DNA of 64,000 bases, taken from Gemmatimonadales bacterium (lineage in GTDB: Bacteria; Gemmatimonadota; Gemmatimonadetes; Gemmatimonadales; JACORV01). The notes below the pieces were generated by a model. That model was given only the letters and a program-made list of their open reading frames with translations, was not told where the DNA came from and searched no databases. The position numbers were made by a program, and so were the translations under genes. The stretch covers positions 12,221 through 76,220 of the forward strand of contig JAUYOW010000049.1 in NCBI GenBank assembly GCA_030697825.1, written 5' to 3'. Positions 39,687-47,416 of the stretch are shown here, piece by piece. The stretch's first letter is position 1, and every line of letters starts with the position of its first letter.

Positions 39687-40297
39687 ATAGCGGGCACGGG
39701 CGCACGGGCGCACCGCCGCACAGGCGTACCGCCGCACCGCCGCACCGGTGGGCGGCGCTTTGGCTTGCCGTGCGCCTGTGCGCCTGTGCGGCTGTGCCCG
39801 CTTGCTCCGGCCGAGGCCGCGACATCGTCGCCCAGGTCGAGCAGGCCGCCGACTCCGCCGACCAGCTCATGATCGGTCTCACCCAGTACCTGACCTCGGA
39901 GGGCGTGCGGCAGGCCAAGCTCGAGGCCGACTCGGCGTTCATCTACGAGAACAGCGGCCGGGTGGACCTCAAGACGATCAGGGTCACTTTCTTCACTGTG
40001 AACGGGGTCCAGACATCGGTGCTGACGGCGCGGGGCGGGCTCTACAACCTGCGCAGCGGCCAGATGGAGGCGCGCGGGAACTGCGTGGTCGTGATGACCA
40101 ACGGGGCGCGGCTCACCAGCGAAGTGCTGCGCTACGACCAGACGAAGAACGAGGTGAGCACCGACCAGCACTTCGTGTACGACGCGGCTGACCGCCACAT
40201 CGTGGGCGACGGGTTCGTGTCGGATCCGTCGTTCTCGAACATCATCACCCAACGCCCGCGCGGCACGGCGGGCCGCTTCACGCTGCCGGGCCAGTGA
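39683..40297 (+). CDS. lptC: LptC-like LPS export protein
   Basis: GTGA overlap with kdsD. Basic N-region, a hydrophobic anchor (WAALWLAVRLCACAAVPAC), and then a beta-rich ~150 aa. Position between kdsD and lptA/lptB. An in-frame alternative GTG start at 39770 is not excluded. Confidence 0.6.
   Translation: MNSGHGRTGAPPHRRTAAPPHRWAALWLAVRLCACAAVPACSGRGRDIVAQVEQAADSADQLMIGLTQYLTSEGVRQAKLEADSAFIYENSGRVDLKTIRVTFFTVNGVQTSVLTARGGLYNLRSGQMEARGNCVVVMTNGARLTSEVLRYDQTKNEVSTDQHFVYDAADRHIVGDGFVSDPSFSNIITQRPRGTAGRFTLPGQ
39694..39797 (+). repeat. array of tandem GCACNGNC octamers followed by inverted GCCNGTGC octamers
   Basis: Seven head-to-tail 8-mers at 39694-39749 (GCACGGGC GCACGGGC GCACCGCC GCACAGGC GTACCGCC GCACCGCC GCACCGGT). 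After a 17-nt spacer come four copies of the complement motif at 39767-39797 (GCCGTGC GCCTGTGC GCCTGTGC GGCTGTGC). Confidence 0.8.
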
Positions 40298-40298
40298 G

Positions 40299-41675
40299 AT
40301 GCGCACCCCATGCTGGTTCGCGGTGCTCGCGCTGGCAGCTGTTCCCGCGGTCGCCTTGGCGCAGCAGCAGGCCCAGCCCTGCGTGGTGGACATCGATTCC
40401 GTCGGCCACTTGGCGAACTTCGTGAAGCAACCCACGGGCCAGTTCCACGTCTTCGCGGGGGGCGGGGTGCTCGCCCACTGCCGCGACCAGTCCACCACGA
40501 TGAGCGCGGACTCGTTCGCCTGGTTCGCCGACCGCGGCGAGCTGCGTCTGCTGCGTCGGGTCCACTTCAGCGACAGCACCGGGTTCCTCGACGCCGACCG
40601 GCTGACCTACTGGGTGCGGCAGGAAAGGCTCGTGGCTCAGGGAAACGTCTACACCCGCAACCTCAAATCGAACTCGGACCTGCGCGGACCCAACCTGGAC
40701 TACTACCGTGCCGTGCCGCCGATCCGAGACACCGTGGAGCTGGTCGCGACCGGGCGACCGACCATCCACTTCTACGCGCAGCGGGACTCCGCGTCCGGCG
40801 ACAGCGCCAAGCCCTTCGTCATCGTCGCCGACCGGGTCCGAATGCGCGGGAACGAGCGGATGTGGGGCGGGGGGCGCGTCACCATCGACCGGACGGGCCT
40901 CGCGGCGCGGGGCGATTCGGCGTCGCTCGATCTGGGCGGCAACGCGGGATTCCTGCTGGGCGATCCGGAGCTGCGCGATTCCGTCGGCGGACGCCATGCC
41001 ATGACGGGCCGCCGGATCGACTTCGACCTCACGCAGGAGCACGAGGTTCGCCGGGTGGTCTCCCAGGGGGATGCGAACGCGCAGGGCCCCGACTGGGTGC
41101 TTCGCGGCGACACGCTCGACGTCGCGGTGGACAGCGGCGTGGTCCAGCGCGCGCAGGCCTGGGGGCGGCCGGGCCGCGCCACCGCGACGTCCGGGCTCAA
41201 CACGATCGTCGCCGATTCCCTCGACATCCACATGCCCGAGCAGGTCGTGCGTCTCGTCTGGGCCTACGGCCGCGGGCAGGCGACCTCCAAGACCGACTCG
41301 ACGGTACAGGAGAGCGACTGGCTCGCCGGCGACACCCTGCGCGCCGACTTCGCGGTGCGCGATTCCGCGGTGCGCCGCGATTCGGAGCTGGAGCACTTGA
41401 CCGCGTTCGGATCGGCGCGGGCGTACTACCACACCAGCAACGACCGGGACCCGGGAGGCGAGCGCGGGATCAACTACTCGCGCGGCCGCCGGATCGACAT
41501 CGCGATGCGCGCGAAGAGGGTGCGCACGGTGGACGTGGTCGGGCAGGTGGACGGGCTCTACCTCGAGCCGATCCCGCGCGCCGCCGCGCCCTCCGACACC
41601 ACCCGGCCTGATACCGCGGCCGTACCGCGCCCGCCGTCGCCGCGCGCCCCCACGGGACGGCCGACCAGACCATGA
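40299..41675 (+). CDS. lptA: LptA/OstA-N family periplasmic protein (unusually long)
   Basis: Signal peptide AVPAVALA-QQ. Repetitive beta-jellyroll-like pattern. Position between lptC and lptB. 458 aa with a Pro-rich tail. Assigned from context and pattern only. Confidence 0.55.
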   Translation: MRTPCWFAVLALAAVPAVALAQQQAQPCVVDIDSVGHLANFVKQPTGQFHVFAGGGVLAHCRDQSTTMSADSFAWFADRGELRLLRRVHFSDSTGFLDADRLTYWVRQERLVAQGNVYTRNLKSNSDLRGPNLDYYRAVPPIRDTVELVATGRPTIHFYAQRDSASGDSAKPFVIVADRVRMRGNERMWGGGRVTIDRTGLAARGDSASLDLGGNAGFLLGDPELRDSVGGRHAMTGRRIDFDLTQEHEVRRVVSQGDANAQGPDWVLRGDTLDVAVDSGVVQRAQAWGRPGRATATSGLNTIVADSLDIHMPEQVVRLVWAYGRGQATSKTDSTVQESDWLAGDTLRADFAVRDSAVRRDSELEHLTAFGSARAYYHTSNDRDPGGERGINYSRGRRIDIAMRAKRVRTVDVVGQVDGLYLEPIPRAAAPSDTTRPDTAAVPRPPSPRAPTGRPTRP

Positions 41676-42871
41676 CCGCCGACCAGTTGATCGCCCAGTT
41701 GCAGACGCGCGACCCGTCGGTGTGTCTCGCGGTGGCCGCGCTCCTCAAGTGCGTGGACGCGGCGGGCGCCACCCGGTTCGGCCAGGTCGCGGTCGCGTAC
41801 CGGGAGGACTACCTCGCCGCGCTCCGCGTCGCCGCGGGCGAGGCGGGTCGGCCGGACCCCGGGACGCTCTCAGTGGACGAGGTCCGCCGGCACCTCGCGA
41901 CGTCGGTGCTGCCCCGGCTCGCTACCGAGGGGATCCTCGAAGAGCCGCTTCGCGGCTGGACCGACGAGACCACCGCGCAGTTCCGGCCGGCGGTGTGGGA
42001 GCTGCTGGGCGTCTCCTCCGAAACGCGCCAGGCTCTACTCGATGCCGCCTCGCTGGGCATGATCACGCACTCCACCGGTGAGCGCGCGGCCCGACGCGAG
42101 GCGGTGGCGCCGGAATCCGCGAGCCGGCTGGAGGGGACGGGGCTCACCAAGACGTACGGCGGCCGCCGCGTCGTCGACGGCGTGGATGTCCGCCTCTCAC
42201 AGGGCGAGATCGTGGGACTCCTGGGCCCGAACGGGGCGGGGAAGACCACCACCTTCTACATGCTCGTCGGGCTCGTGAAGCCGCAGGAAGGGCGGATCCT
42301 CCTCGACGGCGAGGAGATCAGCGCCCTGCCGATGTACCAGCGCGCCCGCCGCGGCATCGGGTACCTCGCGCAGGAACCGTCGGTCTTCCGGAAGCTGACC
42401 GTCGAGGAGAACCTCATGGCGATCCTCGAGACCCTCCCCATCGACCACGGGGAACGCCTTCGCCGCCTCGAGAGGCTGCTCGACGAGCTGTCCATCCGGC
42501 ACCTGAGACGCAGCAGGGCGTACTCGCTCTCCGGCGGAGAACGCCGCCGGCTCGAGATCACTCGCGCCCTGGTCACGCACCCCAAGTTCATGCTGCTCGA
42601 CGAACCGTTCTCGGGCGTGGACCCCATCGCCGTACACGACATCCAGACCATCGTGGCCGGTCTCAGGCACAAGGGGATCGGCGTCCTCATCACCGACCAC
42701 AACGTCGAGCAGACGCTCGACATCGTCGACCGCGCGTACATCATGTTCGAGGGCCGCGTGCAGGTGGCCGGCACGGTCCGCGAGCTGGTCTTCAACGACC
42801 GCGTCGCCGAGCTGTACCTCGGCCCGACCCTGACCGCGCGCCTCAGGGCCCGGCTCTCGCCCGCGGCATGA
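41672..42871 (+). CDS. lptB: LPS export ABC transporter ATPase LptB with ~150-aa N-terminal extension
   Basis: Walker A GLLGPNGAGKTTTFYM, signature LSGGERRRLEITRAL, Walker B LLDEPFSGVDP. ATGA overlap with lptA. The extension shows strong G/C third-position codon bias. Confidence 0.85.
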   Translation: MTADQLIAQLQTRDPSVCLAVAALLKCVDAAGATRFGQVAVAYREDYLAALRVAAGEAGRPDPGTLSVDEVRRHLATSVLPRLATEGILEEPLRGWTDETTAQFRPAVWELLGVSSETRQALLDAASLGMITHSTGERAARREAVAPESASRLEGTGLTKTYGGRRVVDGVDVRLSQGEIVGLLGPNGAGKTTTFYMLVGLVKPQEGRILLDGEEISALPMYQRARRGIGYLAQEPSVFRKLTVEENLMAILETLPIDHGERLRRLERLLDELSIRHLRRSRAYSLSGGERRRLEITRALVTHPKFMLLDEPFSGVDPIAVHDIQTIVAGLRHKGIGVLITDHNVEQTLDIVDRAYIMFEGRVQVAGTVRELVFNDRVAELYLGPTLTARLRARLSPAA

Positions 42872-44331
42872 ACATCAGAGCCGGACTCGGCCAGCACGCC
42901 GTCCTCAGGCAGGACCTGAGGATCAATCCACGCCTCTACCAGGCGATGGATCTCCTCTACATGCCGTTGCTCGACCTCCAGCAGCACCTCAAGCAGGAGC
43001 TGCTGATCAATCCGTTCCTCGAGTTGCTGGAGCCGGAAGAGGAGGAAGAGACGCCGACCGCGACCGCCGCGGAACAACGGGAGCTCGTCAAGACCGGCGA
43101 CAGCACGGCCACCAACTGGGAAGACATCCTGCTCGACGGCTTCGACGACGGCGGCTGGCGAGAGGATACCGAGACACGCGAGTACCGCGAGCCCGTCACC
43201 GTGCAGTCCTCAGACCTCTCAGACCACCTGCGCGAGCAGGTGCAGATGCTGGAGCTCTCCGACCGCCAGCGCCTCCTCGCCGAAGAGTTCATCGGGAACA
43301 TCGCCGACGACGGGTACCTGACCACGACGCTCGAGGACGTGGTGCGGTGCGCGAACGAGATGCTGGAGGAGTACGCCGGCGAGCGCCCCGACGCGGTGCG
43401 CCCCGAGCCCTACACGATCGAGGAAGCTGAAGCGCTGCTCGGGACGATCCTCGCCCTGGACCCGCCCGGCGTGGGCGCCCGGGACCTGCGCGAATGCCTG
43501 ATGCTCCAGCTGCGCGAGAAGCGCCAGACCGACACCTTGCCGTACCGCCTGCTCAGCGAGGCGTACGACGACCTGATCGCTCACCGCTGGAGCGACCTCG
43601 CCAAGCGTCTCGGCCTGGACGCGGGGCAGGTCCAGGACGCGGCCGACGAGATCGCCAAGCTCGACCCGAAGCCGGGGCTGCGGTACAGCGCCTCGGGGGG
43701 CGACTACATCATCCCCGACCTCGTCGTCGAGAAGATAGATGGCGCCTACCGAGTCTACCTCAACGACACCAACCTGCCGCGCCTCAGGCTCTCCCGGGCC
43801 TACCGGGAGGTCGCGCGGGACAAGAAGAAGTTCGTGGGAGAGAACCGGGAGTTCATCACCCAGCGGCTCAACAGCGCACAGTGGATGATCCAGGCCATCG
43901 AGCAGCGCCGGCAGACCATGCTCAAGGTGATGAACTTCATCGTGGACCGGCAGCACGACTTCCTCGAGAAGGGGATCGAGCACCTGAGGCCCCTCACGCT
44001 CCGCGAGGTGGCCGAGGTCATCAACATGCACGAGAGCACGGTCAGCCGCGTGACCAACGAGAAGTTCGTCCAGACCCCGCGCGGCGTACTGCCGCTCAAG
44101 TTCTTCTTCTCCAGCGCCCTCTCCACGACGACCGGCGAGGACGCGAGTGCCCGCGCCATCAAGGCCCAGACCCAGAAGCTGGTGGACGAGGAGGACGCCC
44201 TGGAGCCGCTCACGGACCAGCAGATCGTGCAGAAGCTGCGCGAGCGCGGCGTAAGGATTGCGCGCCGCACCGTCGCCAAGTACCGCGACCAGCTCGGCAT
44301 CCTCTCGGCGCGCATGCGAAAGCGCATATGA
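42868..44331 (+). CDS. rpoN: RNA polymerase sigma-54 factor
   Basis: N-terminal LRQDLRINPRLYQAMDLL, an acidic region, and the C-terminal RpoN box ARRTVAKYR. ATGA overlap with lptB. Confidence 0.93.
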   Translation: MNIRAGLGQHAVLRQDLRINPRLYQAMDLLYMPLLDLQQHLKQELLINPFLELLEPEEEEETPTATAAEQRELVKTGDSTATNWEDILLDGFDDGGWREDTETREYREPVTVQSSDLSDHLREQVQMLELSDRQRLLAEEFIGNIADDGYLTTTLEDVVRCANEMLEEYAGERPDAVRPEPYTIEEAEALLGTILALDPPGVGARDLRECLMLQLREKRQTDTLPYRLLSEAYDDLIAHRWSDLAKRLGLDAGQVQDAADEIAKLDPKPGLRYSASGGDYIIPDLVVEKIDGAYRVYLNDTNLPRLRLSRAYREVARDKKKFVGENREFITQRLNSAQWMIQAIEQRRQTMLKVMNFIVDRQHDFLEKGIEHLRPLTLREVAEVINMHESTVSRVTNEKFVQTPRGVLPLKFFFSSALSTTTGEDASARAIKAQTQKLVDEEDALEPLTDQQIVQKLRERGVRIARRTVAKYRDQLGILSARMRKRI

Positions 44332-45302
44332 GCCTCGCCGACGGCAAGGGCCCGGTGGACGTGAGCGTCCTGGTCCCGGCCAAGGACGAGGCCGAGAACC
44401 TGCCCGAGTTCGTCCGCCAGGCGGCCGCTGCCTTCAAGGACGCGCCGTTCACGGCCGAGGTCGTCGTGGTGGACGACGGGAGCTCGGACGCCACCGCGCA
44501 GGTGCTCCAGGACCTCGCGGCGCACCACCCTTTCCTTCGCTACGAGCGGCACCGCACCCGGCTCGGCATCACGGAGGCGCTGCGCACCGCCGGGAACGCG
44601 GCCCGCGGGGGTGTTTTCGTGTTCTATCCCGCCGACCTCCAGTTCCTGCCGGCGGAGATCCCCGCGCTCGTGGCGCCGATCCTCGCCGGTGAGGCGGACC
44701 TCGTCACCGGCGCGAAACAGGGCCAGTACGAGAAGGCGTTCGTCTCCGGGATCTACAACCGGCTCTGCCGCGCCCTGTTCGGCGTGAACGTCACCGACCT
44801 GAACTCGGTCAAGGCGTATCGCCGCGAGATAATGAACGCCGTGCCGGTCCGCCCCGACTGGCATCGCTTCTTCGCGGTGATCGCGAGCGCCCAGGGATAC
44901 CGCCTGGCCGAGCGGCCGGTGACGCTCCACCAGCGCCGCGCCGGCAACAGCAAGTTCGGCCTGGGCCGGATCCCGATCGGCGCGATGGACCTGCTGTCGG
45001 TCTGGTTCCAACTCCGTTTCGGCCGCAAGCCGATGCTGTTCTTCGGCGTGTCGGGAACGCTCCTCTTCCTGCTCGGCTTCCTCGTGGGAGTCGCCGCGCT
45101 GGTGCTCCGGTTCGGGTTCGGCATCGGCTTCCGCCCGCTCCTCAACCTCATCGAGGTCCTCGTCATCTCGGGGATCGCCCTCTTCGGCTTCGGATTCATC
45201 GGCGAGCTGCTCGCGGGCCAGCGGGAGGAGGTGCGCGAGCTGGGCCGCGCGCTCCAGGGCCTCAACGACGAGTTGTCGCGCCGGCGCCGGGACGAGCGTT
45301 AG
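44328..45302 (+). CDS. GT2 polyprenyl-phosphate sugar synthase (GtrB/CsbB/ArnC-like, two C-terminal TM helices)
   Basis: ATGA overlap with rpoN. VSVLVPAKDEAENL, VVVVDDGSSD, YPADLQF. The C-terminal hydrophobic pair is LFFGVSGTLLFLLGFLVGVAALVL / VLVISGIALFGFGFIGELL. Confidence 0.78.
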   Translation: MSLADGKGPVDVSVLVPAKDEAENLPEFVRQAAAAFKDAPFTAEVVVVDDGSSDATAQVLQDLAAHHPFLRYERHRTRLGITEALRTAGNAARGGVFVFYPADLQFLPAEIPALVAPILAGEADLVTGAKQGQYEKAFVSGIYNRLCRALFGVNVTDLNSVKAYRREIMNAVPVRPDWHRFFAVIASAQGYRLAERPVTLHQRRAGNSKFGLGRIPIGAMDLLSVWFQLRFGRKPMLFFGVSGTLLFLLGFLVGVAALVLRFGFGIGFRPLLNLIEVLVISGIALFGFGFIGELLAGQREEVRELGRALQGLNDELSRRRRDER

Positions 45303-45308
45303 CGACCC

Positions 45309-46505
45309 ATGCGGCTGGTGATGGTGGCGCATTCGTTCCCGCGTAGCGAGACCGACGTCGCGGGCGCGTTCCTGTGGCGATTCGCGGAGGCGCTGGTGGA
45401 CCGCGGGCACCGGGTGCTGGTGATCGCGCCTGCCGACCGGGGCGAGATCGGGCCGCCGGTGCTGGGCCGCGTGGACGTGCGCCGAGTGCGCTATGCGTCG
45501 CCGGCGCGCGAGATACTGGCCTATCAGGGAACGATGCACCGCCTGAGCGGCGCCTCGCCGCTCGCTGCGCTGGCATTCCTGCGAATGGTGCGCGCGTTGA
45601 GCCGCGCGGTCACGGACGAATGCCGCGGCGGCGACGTCAACCTGGTGCATGCGCACTGGTGGGTGCCCGGTGGGCTCGCGGCGAGCCTGTCCGACCGTCG
45701 CGGCAGGCCGCTCGTCGTCACGATGCACGGGACCGACGTGGCGCTGGCGCGGAAGGTCCCCGGCGCACGGCGTGCCATGGGCGCGGTCCTCCGCCGTGCC
45801 GCGGCCGTAACCGCCGTGTCGTCGTACCTCGCGGATGAGGCCGCCGCGGCTTCGGGCAAGCCTCGCGAGTCGATCGCCGTCACCCCGATGCCATTGCTCC
45901 CAGCGCTTCCTGCCATGAACCAGGCACAGGTGCCGAGCGGCGTCGTTTTCGTCGGGCGGCTCACCCGGCAGAAATGCGTTCACGATCTCCTGGACGCGCT
46001 GGCGATCCTGAAGAAGGGCGGCCTTCCGCTCTACCTCACCGTAGTCGGCGACGGACCCGAGCGCGCGGCCCTCAAGGCGCAGGCACTGGCGCTCGGCGTC
46101 CCGGTCGTCTTCACCGGCTTCGTGGCGCCGGAACACGTCGCCGGACAGGTCGCGGGCAAGAGACTGCTGGTGCTGCCGTCGGTCAACGAGGGGCTGGGCC
46201 TCGTCGTCGCCGAGGCGCTCACCCTCGGCGTACCGGTCGTGGCCACGCGCTCGGGGGGGATCCCGGACCTCCTCACCGATCCCGAAGCCGGGTTGCTGGT
46301 CCCGCCGTCCGATCCGACGGCCCTCGCGGCCGCCATCAAGACGCTCGCCACCGACGACCGCTTTCTGGCCGGCGCCAAGGCCGCGGGACGGGCGCTGGCC
46401 GATCGGCTCTCCCCGGCGCGCGTGGCGGAGGGCTTCGAAGAAGTGTACCTGCGGGCACGGGGCGGTCGGCGCGGCAGCGCGGGCGCCGTAAAGGTCGCCG
46501 AGTGA
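45309..46505 (+). CDS. GT4-type (GT-B) glycosyltransferase
   Basis: C-terminal EX7E-type region GLGLVVAEALTLGVPVVATRSGGIPDLL. 398 aa. Confidence 0.8.
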   Translation: MRLVMVAHSFPRSETDVAGAFLWRFAEALVDRGHRVLVIAPADRGEIGPPVLGRVDVRRVRYASPAREILAYQGTMHRLSGASPLAALAFLRMVRALSRAVTDECRGGDVNLVHAHWWVPGGLAASLSDRRGRPLVVTMHGTDVALARKVPGARRAMGAVLRRAAAVTAVSSYLADEAAAASGKPRESIAVTPMPLLPALPAMNQAQVPSGVVFVGRLTRQKCVHDLLDALAILKKGGLPLYLTVVGDGPERAALKAQALALGVPVVFTGFVAPEHVAGQVAGKRLLVLPSVNEGLGLVVAEALTLGVPVVATRSGGIPDLLTDPEAGLLVPPSDPTALAAAIKTLATDDRFLAGAKAAGRALADRLSPARVAEGFEEVYLRARGGRRGSAGAVKVAE

Positions 46506-47416
46506 TGCGACGGCTCTGGCTGGTGGTCCAGTGGGCGCTCGTCGCGGCGGTCGCCTGGTTCGTCGTGAAGTCGGTGGCGCACAATTGGGCGGAGATCCGC
46601 GATTCCGGTTCCGTGGTCCACTTCGACCTCGGCGCGCTCGCGGCCGCGGCGGGCATCATCCTCGCCACCTACGCTCTGCTCATCGGCGCCTGGCGCGCGG
46701 TGCTCGTGGGCTGGGGCGAGCGACTTCGGTATCCGGTCGCGGCTCGCATCTGGTGCCTGTCGAACCTCGCCCGCTACGTGCCCGGCCGCGTCTGGCAGAT
46801 CGCCGGCATGGCGGCGCTGGCACAGAAGGCTGGCATCACGCCGTGGGCGGCCGTGGGCTCCGCTATCATCGTCCAACTCCTGGCGATAGCGACCGGGGCG
46901 ATGGTGACCGGCCTCGCCGCGCCACAGGCGGAGCATCCGATGTGGGTGGCGGCGAGCGGCGTCATCGCCCTGCTGGCCGCACTCACGCTCACCTGGGAAC
47001 GGATGACCGCCATCTTCTCCAGATGGCTCAGCGCCGCGCTCGGCCGCCCGTTCGAGCTGCGGCCCGTGGGGAAGGGGGCCCTGCTCCTCTCGGCCGCCGT
47101 CACCACGCTCGCCTGGCTGGCATACGGCCTCGCGCTCTACCTCTGCACCGCCGCGCTGCTCGGACGCGCGGCCCTCGACCTCCGGACCGCGATCGGTGTA
47201 TTCACCGGGAGCTACGTCCTCGGTCTTATTGCCGTCATGACGCCCGGTGGACTCGGCATCCGCGAGGGCGCCCTCTTGTTCTGGCTGACGGGACCGCTGG
47301 GACCGGCCGGGGCGGTAGTCGTCACGATCGGCTCGCGGCTCCTCATGACCGCGGCGGAGCTGCTGGCCGCGCTCATCACTCTACCTCTCACCACGCGAAG
47401 CCCCGATGGCACGTAA
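46505..47416 (+). CDS. UPF0104 / LPG-synthase-TM family flippase-like membrane protein
   Basis: Start overlaps the GT4 stop. Polytopic, with the family-typical NLARYVPGRVWQIAG block. Confidence 0.65.
   Translation: MRRLWLVVQWALVAAVAWFVVKSVAHNWAEIRDSGSVVHFDLGALAAAAGIILATYALLIGAWRAVLVGWGERLRYPVAARIWCLSNLARYVPGRVWQIAGMAALAQKAGITPWAAVGSAIIVQLLAIATGAMVTGLAAPQAEHPMWVAASGVIALLAALTLTWERMTAIFSRWLSAALGRPFELRPVGKGALLLSAAVTTLAWLAYGLALYLCTAALLGRAALDLRTAIGVFTGSYVLGLIAVMTPGGLGIREGALLFWLTGPLGPAGAVVVTIGSRLLMTAAELLAALITLPLTTRSPDGT

Noticed and set aside
39694-39797. Considered whether the octamer array could be a CRISPR-like or other spacer-containing repeat array.
   Set aside because: The units are only 8 nt, directly abutting with no spacers, and lie inside or next to a coding frame. 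No cas genes are present.
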